37,363 nt of DNA from Octopus bimaculoides (lineage: Eukaryota): positions 137,395,607 through 137,432,969 of the forward strand of contig NC_068982.1 of assembly GCF_001194135.2 (NCBI RefSeq). The letters run 5' to 3'. Each line of letters starts with the position of its first letter. The stretch's first letter is position 1. The notes below the pieces were generated by a model. It worked only from the letters and a program-made list of their open reading frames with translations. It was not told where the DNA came from and made no database searches. Below are positions 12,165 through 21,165 of the stretch, piece by piece. Both the position numbers and the translations under genes were made by a program.

Positions 12165-12847
12165 NNNNNNNNNNNNNNNNNNNNNNNNNNNNNNNNNNNN
12201 NNNNNNNNNNNNNNNNNNNNNNNNNNNNNNNNNNNNNNNNNNNNNNNNNNNNNNNNNNNNNNNNNNNNNNNNNNNNNNNNNNNNNNNNNNNNNNNNNNNN
12301 NNNNNNNNNNNNNNNNNNNNNNNNNNNNNNNNNNNNNNNNNNNNNNNNNNNNNNNNNNNNNNNNNNNNNNNNNNNNNNNNNNNNNNNNNNNNNNNNNNNN
12401 NNNNNNNNNNNNNNNNNNNNNNNNNNNNNNNNNNNNNNNNNNNNNNNNNNNNNNNNNNNNNNNNNNNNNNNNNNNNNNNNNNNNNNNNNNNNNNNNNNNN
12501 NNNNNNNNNNNNNNNNNNNNNNNNNNNNNNNNNNNNNNNNNNNNNNNNNNNNNNNNNNNNNNNNNNNNNNNNNNNNNNNNNNNNNNNNNNNNNNNNNNNN
12601 NNNNNNNNNNNNNNNNNNNNNNNNNNNNNNNNNNNNNNNNNNNNNNNNNNNNNNNNNNNNNNNNNNNNNNNNNNNNNNNNNNNNNNNNNNNNNNNNNNNN
12701 NNNNNNNNNNNNNNNNNNNNNNNNNNNNNNNNNNNNNNNNNNNNNNNNNNNNNNNNNNNNNNNNNNNNNNNNNNNNNNNNNNNNNNNNNNNNNNNNNNNN
12801 NNNNNNNNNNNNNNNNNNNNNNNNNNNNNNNNNNNNNNNNNNNNNNN
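12165..12847. other. Assembly gap (others at 680-689, 17979-18258, 24375-24937, 31813-31822, 32645-33267)
   Basis: Runs of N. Most abut (TA)n/(CT)n tracts or SINE/RTE copies. Confidence 0.99.
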
Positions 12848-13045
12848 TTATGTTTTATTTATATTCCTGCAGAACTAATGTGGGGTATAGAATATGGAAT
12901 ATACAATATATAATATGATATACAATATACAATATAAAATAAAATAAAATAAAAATGGATGGCACCATGAAAGAAAGTATTGAATGTAGATGAAATATTG
13001 AGTGTTCAATATAAAGGATCAAATATATAAATATATATATATAAA

Positions 13046-13085
13046 GGCGACTCGAGTTTCAGGGCTATTTCCCTTCGTCATGGCC
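13046..13085 (-). ncRNA. Minimal type I hammerhead-ribozyme-like fold (Penelope type) with variant core
   Basis: Minus strand GGC-C(A)UGACGA-AGGG aaauag CCCU-GAAA-C UCGA G-UC-GCC. Perfect 4-bp helix II, palindromic helix III, 3-bp helix I, and one extra A in the core. Confidence 0.6.
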
Positions 13086-13117
13086 GGTATGACAGACTTT
13101 ATATATATATTTTACAT

Positions 13118-13255
13118 TGGACCTCATGGACGCAACAACAAGTGACTGAGACAGTTGGCAATATGCTGTGCTTGAGAAGACTCATCAAGCCAAGTGAAAT
13201 CATAGCCGTGGCTGTTGCCAGTGTCATGCAAATGGCACCCATGCAGGTGACTATT
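13118..13255 (+). mobile_element. RTE LINE ORF C-terminal remnant
   Basis: Homologous to 34010-34130 (tgtgcttgagaagac...caagtga). More decayed than that copy. Confidence 0.7.
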
Positions 13256-14072
13256 GACTGAGACATGTTTTTAGGCCTCGGCCCCACTGTGTGGCATTTT
13301 GGGCAAGCATCTGCTATAGCCCCAAGGCCAACCAAAGCCTTGTGAGTGGATTTGGTAAATGGTAACTGAAAGAAACCCCATGTGTGCACATTTAGTTACT
13401 GAGAAGGTTGCAAGAAGCAACAAAAGAGCTTTGACTAACAAAAACAAAACAATCAGATGTTTAATAAATCAATGGAATTGAACCAGTGTGTGTGTGTTAA
13501 TTATATTGGAATAACAACTCTCCCTAAACACAACAAATTGATATAGAGCTCTGTGATAAGTTTACTTCCCAGCCACATGTTTTCAGATTCAGTCCCACTG
13601 TGTGACACCTTGGGCAAGTATCTTCTGCTATAGCCCCAGACCAACCAAAACCTTGTGAGTGGATTTGGTAGATGGAAACTGGAAGAAACCCAATGTGCAC
13701 ACGTATTCTTTTATTGTTTTATTTGTTTAGGTTATTTGACTGCAGCCATGCTGGAGTCATTATGCTAATATAATTATATTGGCATAATGACTCTCCCTAA
13801 ACAACAAAATTTATTTCAACACACAAATTCACATAAAGAATCTTGCAAACCAGATGCAAAAACGAAATATATATCATTCATTCGTTTAGAACCCATTTTC
13901 CCATCCTAACATAGCTTCCATGGAGAGTTGAGGCAGGATTTTACTGCCAGTTGAGCTTCCTGTTGCCAATCCTTACCTATTTTTTGAGTCAGGAATTTGT
14001 TTATTCCATGCCCCTAGAATGTCATGTTATGTGACTTATTTGTAATATTCATATTTCCTTTCTTCTTTTTAG

Positions 14073-14327
14073 GTGAAAAGCGCTTGGGCTGGTTTCTATG
14101 ATTACAATTACGCTGACCAAAATTTAATTATTGGAAATCACCCTTACCACAGGAATATGTTTTTCGCCAATGGTCTTAGTGGCCATGGCATTCAGCATGC
14201 CCCTGCCATTGGTCGTGCCATTATGGAATGCATCATTGATGGCAAGTTTGAAACTATAGATTTATCCAGATTTACATTTGAAAGACTGTTGGATGATGAA
14301 CTTATATTTGAACAAGGAATTGTTTAA
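14073..14327 (+). CDS. FOXRED1: FOXRED1 last coding exon
   Basis: ttttag|GTG AAA AGC. VKSAWAGFYDYNYADQNLIIGNHP...GLSGHGIQHAPAIGRAIMECIIDGKFETIDLSRF...EQGIV-stop, the DAO-family C-terminal G.SGHG motif. Confidence 0.95.
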   Translation: MKSAWAGFYDYNYADQNLIIGNHPYHRNMFFANGLSGHGIQHAPAIGRAIMECIIDGKFETIDLSRFTFERLLDDELIFEQGIV

Positions 14328-14393
14328 CAAAGAAGAGTTCCTCTTCCAAACACACACATAACCATCAGAGAGAGAGAGAGAGAGAGACAATGA

Positions 14394-14399
14394 AATAAA
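14394..14399 (+). terminator. Putative FOXRED1 polyadenylation signal
   Basis: AATAAA 67 nt after the stop codon, with a GT/T-rich tract (gttgtttgtttt) about 40 nt downstream. Confidence 0.6.
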
Positions 14400-15761
14400 G
14401 AAAATCGCATGTTTTATTTATAACAAATTTTATAGTTGTTTGTTTTCTGGATTTTTTCCTTTACCATATGGCTTGTAGGAAGTGGGTAATGCCCATAGCT
14501 TTTAGAGATCTCCCAAAGACAGGTGAAATTAATGCCATTAATGGTCCTCTCGACTCTTTGTAGCCTTAGGCTGACCAATGCCTTACGAGTGAAATTCGCA
14601 GATGGAAACTGTATGGAAGCCAGTCATTTGTGTGTGTGAGTGTGCCTGTGAATATGTGTGTAAATGTTCGAATTCTTTGCTTCACATCAAAATCATTGGG
14701 CTAAAATTGAGATAGCAGTTGACATTCCCTGTCAAATCATCTGCCAGTTCTCCACTTTGAAAGACATGTAGAATAAAAGGTTTCGTATTTGAAAAACAAG
14801 TGTTAGTGACAGCAAGGGAATCCAGCCGTAAAACTTAGCCTCAATAATATGCATTCATTCAATCCTTGCTTGCATCAAAAGCAGACATTAAAGATATAAA
14901 TGATATATAACAAGCTTCCTCACAGTTTCCATTAACCAAATTCTTTCACAAGGCATTGGTTGGCCTGGAGCTATAGTAGAAGACACCTGCCTAAAGTGGC
15001 CTTGACCTGAAGCCACAGGGTTGTGAAGCAAAGTTCAACCCATCTAAGCATCAATTGCTGATTCTTTCAGCCAATCTGTCCAGGTTAGGTATTCCTACAC
15101 CCACATCATCCATGATGCTGCTGTTCCTAATGTTTTGCACACAGCTGAACGCACCCATTCATATCTAAAAACTGGGGTTATTACAGATAAACCTGGTTTC
15201 TCTGTCACACTAGTATGGGAATGTATAGATGTGTTATGATGGTTCAGTTACTGACTTTTTTATGATCGAGAACAACAAAGAAATTATGCTACCTTTTCCT
15301 TGATCAGTGATTACAACCCATTTCACCTGTCCAGCAATAAGGAGCACAACTAAATTACAAAGTAGCAGAGTTTTTAATTAAAGGAAAATACATGATGGGA
15401 AATACTGACTGCAAAACCATTATTAATTGACATGTAAAAGCACCTACTACACTCTCTGAGTGGTTGGCGTTAGGAAGGGCATCCAGCTGTAGAAACTCTG
15501 CCAAATTTAGATTGGAGCCTGGTGTTGCCATCCGGTTTCACCATTCCTCAGTCAAGTCGTCCAACCCATGCTAGCATGGAAAGCGGACGTTAAACGATGA
15601 TGATGATGATGATGATGATGAATTGCCAACCTAATCAAAAAACTCAGTGACCCACTTGTAGTCCTTTTTCAGCTTAGCTACAGTACTTTCCCTTGCACCA
15701 CTCTTCAGCAAAATGACAACAACACCAACAAAAAGTACATAAGCTAAAAAAAATAACCCTT

Positions 15762-15885
15762 TTATTTCTTCTTTCTCTGAAACATTTTATCTTTTCTAGA
15801 CTTTGGGTCCAAATCACTTCGAGGGACATGTTTTTTCTTCTGTTTTGCTTTCAGTCTTTGCTGTAAATCATTGGCTTTTTTGATC
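15762..15885 (-). CDS. NOL12: Nucleolar protein 12 (RRP17 family) exon 5, last
   Basis: Minus strand tttcag|G ATC AAA...AAG AAA TAA. (R)IKKANDLQQRLKAKQKKKHVPRSDLDPKSRKDKMFQRKKK-stop, a basic tail. Phase 2 matches exon 4. Confidence 0.8.
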
Positions 15886-16860
15886 CTGAAATATCAAAAG
15901 ATTAAAACAAAATAAGAGATGTGATGACATACATTGGTTTAACTTGTTGAATTGTTATTCATACACTGCTCTGCTCAATTTATCTCATTGAACATCCAGT
16001 GGACTCATTAGTACGTTTGCATTTTGTTTCACAAGTTCATATTTTGCATTGTATAGGGGTTAATAAATAAATTAAGAAGAACAGAAAAAAAAAAGCCACT
16101 TTCATATATTCACACATACATCTATACATACATGCATACCCAGACACACTTATATAAAGAGAGATACTTTGTTACGATGCAGTCTCAGTTTCCGCCTTAG
16201 GCAAATGTCTTCTACTGTAGCCTCAAACAGACAAATGCTTTGTGAGTAGAGTTAGTAGACTGAAGCTATACAGAAGCCCAACAACCATCATTGTTTTAAC
16301 ATCTATTTTTCCAAGCCTTCATGGGTCAGATGAAAGCACATTGGCAGAGCAGTTTTATAAGGTCAGACATCCCTCTTGTCTTCAATTGTCACCTGTTTCC
16401 AAGCAAAGTAATAATCTCCCAGTGTATCAAACAACAAATAGCCTGCACATGTTTATGAAGAGAACTGGAAACAAATAGCACCAAATCAATGAGCCATTTG
16501 TTTACAAAGATCACACAAGATGTCAAGAAGCCCAGACACGCTGTCATGTATGCACACGTGTGTGTGTGTGTTTGTGCACATGGATGCATATGTGTAAATG
16601 TTTATATTCTACATCCTTGCATGAAAAACATGGAACAAAAAACAGTGACTTTTGTTGACATTCCCTGCTTACAAATCATCCTGTAACTCTGCACTTTCAA
16701 AGACAAAGAGAATAAAAATCTATTTACTCATAAAACAAGTCAGATTCAGCAACACTAAAGGTATCTAGTTATAAAACAAATCCCTCATATTTATCTAACA
16801 CATATACAGGTAAAATAAATGAATGAATGTGTATGTGCGTGCACGCATGTGTGTACTAAC

Positions 16861-16970
16861 CGATTGCGAAGTTTCTCTTCAAAAATCTTCTTATTTTTCA
16901 CTTTTTCATCAGTATTCTCCTCTGATGGGTCTGTTAGGGTTTCTGCTGGTTCCTTTTCGTCTCTAAGAGC
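16861..16970 (-). CDS. NOL12: NOL12 exon 4
   Basis: ctgtag|GCT CTT...AAT CG|gttagt. ALRDEKEPAETLTDPSEENTDEKVKNKKIFEEKLRN. Open frame with consistent phases. Confidence 0.82.
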
Positions 16971-17201
16971 CTACAGAAAAATGAAGAAATACCAAAACAA
17001 AACTCCATCAAACTTATTCCAACAATATGCATGTTGTATGATATACAGCTTTACAAATTAACCAATCATCAGACGAATAATAAAAGGAAATTAGTGAATA
17101 CAGAAATTATTAACTTCATACACAAGAGATTTGTACAACTTTTTCATCATTTAACCAACAACAACAACAACAACCAATGACCGTGTTTAGCACTGACTGA
17201 C

Positions 17202-17369
17202 CTTGTTTACTCCCAGTCGTAATCCATCTTGACCAGAAAGGTCAACTTCTGAGATGTCTGTTACTGTTACAGTGTGGTTGTCCAAATCATAAACTTTGGG
17301 ATCAAGAAGATGTTTGATTTCTTCAGGAATTGCAGATTCTCGTGCCATTGTCTTGAACAGTTCTCGTTT
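17202..17369 (-). CDS. NOL12: NOL12 exon 3
   Basis: ttttag|AAA CGA...AAC AAG|gtcagt. ...LLDPKVYDLDNHTVTVTDISEVDLSG..., matching the NOL12 motif YD..NHTVTVT.IS..DLSG. Confidence 0.92.
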
Positions 17370-18463
17370 CTAAAAGAAGAGAGAAAGAAAAGAAAATACA
17401 AGATGTTTAGGAGTTTTTTATCTTCAATAGAAACCATCATCATCATAATTTAGTGTCTGTTTCTATGTTTACATGTTGCATTCATTAGGCTACGACCATG
17501 CTGGGGCACCACTTTGAAAAGTTTTTAGTCAAATGAATTGATCCCAATACTTTTTATTTACTTTTTTAAGCCTGGTACTATTCTATTGCTCTCTTTTGCA
17601 GAACTGCAAAGTTACGGGGATGTAGAACACACACACACATATACACACAAGTTTTTTTTTCAGATCCCATCTACCAAATCCACTCCCAAGACTTTGGTTG
17701 GCTCGAGGCCATAGTAGAAGGTGCCATGCAGTGGGACTGAACTCAGAACCATGTGGTTGGGAAGCAACAAACTTCTTTCCCTACAGCCACACCCATGCCT
17801 TCATATTCACCATACTATTATTTTCTTCCACCTTTTATTTAATCTTTCTATTTCAGATTCCCTACAATCCCCCATCCCTACCAAGAAAGAAAAAAAAAAC
17901 TGACAGGTGCAGGCATGGTTGTGTGATAAGAAGCTTGTTTCCCAACCACATGGTTCCAGGTTCAGTCCCACTGCATAGNNNNNNNNNNNNNNNNNNNNNN
18001 NNNNNNNNNNNNNNNNNNNNNNNNNNNNNNNNNNNNNNNNNNNNNNNNNNNNNNNNNNNNNNNNNNNNNNNNNNNNNNNNNNNNNNNNNNNNNNNNNNNN
18101 NNNNNNNNNNNNNNNNNNNNNNNNNNNNNNNNNNNNNNNNNNNNNNNNNNNNNNNNNNNNNNNNNNNNNNNNNNNNNNNNNNNNNNNNNNNNNNNNNNNN
18201 NNNNNNNNNNNNNNNNNNNNNNNNNNNNNNNNNNNNNNNNNNNNNNNNNNNNNNNNNNAACCGATGTTGGTGGGTTTACGTCACCGTAACTTAGCGGTTC
18301 TGCAAAAGAGACCGATAGAATAAGTACTAGGCTTACAGCGAATAAGTCCGGGGTGGGGGGCGATTCGTTCAACTAAAGGCGGTGCTCCAGCATAGCCACA
18401 GTCAAATGACTGAAGCCAGTAAAAGCAAAAGAACATACAACAACCCACACCAAAGAAACTCAC

Positions 18464-18569
18464 CTCTTTCCTTATTTCTCTTCTTTCTTTTTTCAGTTTT
18501 TCTTCCAACATTTTTTTCGCTTTATTTTGTCGTTCCTTCTTTCGTTTCCTGAAACCTGTCAGGAAATTC
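18464..18569 (-). CDS. NOL12: NOL12 exon 2
   Basis: ctacag|G AAT TTC...AAA GAG|gtgagt. NFLTGFRKRKKERQNKAKKMLEEKLKKERREIRKE, containing the LTGF.KRK.ER motif of NOL12/RRP17. Confidence 0.93.
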
Positions 18570-20018
18570 CTGTAGAGAAAAAAAGCGAAAAAACTAGATA
18601 GGCTACAAAAGAAATAAATTAATGAAATTAATCAAGGAAAAAAATACATATATATCTAGCACGGCTGTGTGGTAAGAAGTTTGTTTCCCAACCGCATGGT
18701 TCTGGGTTCAGTCCCACTGTGTGGCACCTTGGGCAAGTGTCTTCCACTATAACCTCAGGCTGACCAAAGCCTTTTGAGTGGATTTGGTAGACGGAAACTG
18801 AAAGAAGCTCATCTTACATGGAGTGGCTGTGTGGTAAGTAGCTTGCTTACCAACCACATGGTACTGGTTTCAATCCCACTGTATGGCACCTTGGGCAAGT
18901 GTCTTCTACTATAGCTTCGGGCCAACCAAAGCCTTGTGAGTGGATTTGGTAGACGGAAAGTGGAAGAAGCCTGTCATACATATATAATAAAATGTTTATT
19001 TATACATAAAAATAGGGGTGGGGCATTGAGGGTATTATGTGCCCATGAGGGGGACGGTGACCCCAAAAGTTTGAGAACCTCTGGTATACAGCTTTGTAGA
19101 CGTGAATGGAATTATAACAGGAGAAACCCTCCTTTTCATAATGGGACCATTGTTAAAGCTAAAAATTATCATCCCTATATTATTATTAGTCAGTTGTTAT
19201 TCTTAACAATTAAGACACAAGAATAGTTCCAATCCATCGAAGACATGAAAATGAAGGACGAAAGAGACCCCGATGCCAAAACATGATTGTTGTGTAACCC
19301 CAGATCAGCAATGATTTGTGATCAAATGTGTTCCTGTCGTGACCATCCCGTCTTTCATTCAGATAGTGATTTTTGGCCCACAATAGCCAAAGTGGCCTTC
19401 ATTATTTTAAGGTGCGATTTGATAGCAATTTGAATGCTTGTAAGTAGAGCGACTGTGTATAAAATTACTCATTGCTATAGGTTGTAGACGATTCATCGTT
19501 GATGAAGTTTTGATGAAATTAACTGTAAACAGGTGTTGCTTAGTCCCAATTCACCTCTTCTCAAGTAGATCCATGATCAAGGGAGCTACAGCCGTGACCA
19601 TCCAGTCTTTTATTCAGACAGTGTATGGAGAAAGAAATTACCCAATACATCCTACCTTTTTAAGATACGTAAGGTATGATTCGAGGAAGATTTGGCTTGG
19701 AATTGTTAGAATGACAGAAAAATGCCATGCGATATTTGTTCAGGGTCTTTATGTTCTGAATTGCCTTTAATCTTTCTGAGGTCGATGAAAATAAAGTACC
19801 AGTCAAATACTGGTATCAATGATAAGGGATAATGCCGTCCCCTCAAAATTGCTGGCCTTTTGCCTAAATTACAAACAATTCTAGTAGTTCGTAACACTAC
19901 ATTCACAGACATCATGTAAAGAGGTTGACTCAAAAACAGTGAAAAATGAGAATATGTGCCGTTGGAATTCCTTTAAAAAGTAGGTAAATTTTCAGATTAA
20001 CATCCGTACGATTGTCAC

Positions 20019-20502
20019 TAGGGGGTTACGGTTTTAGGGTCAGGGTTAGTGTTAGGGACCCAATTCTCTAACCCTAACCCTAAAACTCTAACCGTAACCC
20101 TGACCCGGCAGAGACGGACTATATGTAATCTGAACCCCCCCCCCCTTATTTATTAATTTTTTTTTTTACGGAATCCCACGTTTTAGGCTATGGACATTCC
20201 GATTCTGAAAAAAAATTGTTTGAAAAATTTCCCCCCCCCCACTAAGCAGGCTATTTACATGCTAGAAACAACAGCCAAATCTCACAAAACTAGTGTTAGG
20301 GTTAGGGTTAGGGTTTGAGTTAGGGTTAGGTTTACCCTGTTGATCTATATAAAAACCGGGGGGGGGGGATAGGATCGAAATTTCAGAATTGGAATCTCCA
20401 TAGCCTAAAACGTGGGATTCCGTAAAAAAAAATAATAATAATAAGGGGGCAAAGGTTCAGATTACATATAGTCCATCTGGGCCCCTAACCCTAAAACCCT
20501 AA
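20019..20502. mobile_element. Foldback/MITE-like element with ~98-bp inverted arms and telomere-like TTAGGG/CCCTAA tracts
   Basis: Arm 20112-20210 is the reverse complement of 20381-20478 with few mismatches. Inner poly-C and poly-G runs. TTAGGG-like tracts at 20019-20057 and 20295-20331, CCCTAA-like tracts at 20068-20100 and 20482-20502. Confidence 0.75.
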
Positions 20503-20714
20503 TCTTAACACCGTAGTGAAAATCGTATGGGTGTTAATCTGAAAATGTACCAAAAAGTATTCGCGACGTAAGTAATCCGAGGAAACAGAATAACTTAGAT
20601 TAGGAAACGAGTCATTTACTATCAAACCACGTGGAAGAAATATACAAGAGTTATATGGAACATTACAACAGTTAATAATAGCTAAATGTAAATTATAAAG
20701 GCTGTTATAAATAC

Positions 20715-20791
20715 TTTCTGTTATTTTCGTCAAATGCAATGAAAACTTTGGTTTTACGATTTGTATTTGAGGCTTTATTTCGTGGAGCCAT
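20715..20791 (-). CDS. NOL12: NOL12 exon 1 (start codon)
   Basis: aacgATGG with good Kozak context. MAPRNKASNTNRKTKVFIAFDENNR(K)|gtattt. The FDE..R motif precedes LTGF. The five exons total 585 nt = 194 aa + stop. Confidence 0.88.
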
Positions 20792-21165
20792 CGTTAAAAT
20801 CTTCCCCTGACAAAACACCGGTTATTAGTTAGCGGTGTTCACTGAGTGGGTGTGTCTGGTGTATTTTGTTTCCTGTAATTCGTTTAATAGATAAATATAA
20901 AAATTGTTATTGAAAAATACTTGTGACAAGTCTGTTCATGTTTGACGTCAAGTCAAGCAACACATTCAAAATTATGGAATATTTTTGAAAATATTTTTAA
21001 TAACTGTTTTGATTATAATTAAATTTAATCAGTTTTCTGTTCTAAAAGTGAAACTGAAAATATTACGTTTCATTTTCTCTGTTTGTAATGACAAACATTT
21101 GCTCGGATGTTTACAAAATAAGAATGAAGTGCGAAGAAGATAACCCAACTGTATTTTGTTAAAAG
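20792..21165. promoter_or_regulatory. Putative bidirectional promoter and 5' UTRs of NOL12 (-) and HAP40 (+)
   Basis: Lies between divergent genes. Contains a perfect palindromic CRE (TGACGTCA, 20943-20950) and a candidate donor AAAG|gtaatt at 21165 for a non-coding first exon of HAP40. Confidence 0.55.

Noticed and set aside
20023-20100. Chromosome end-to-end fusion scar
   Set aside because: Only a few degenerate units, associated with a foldback element inside an intact conserved gene.
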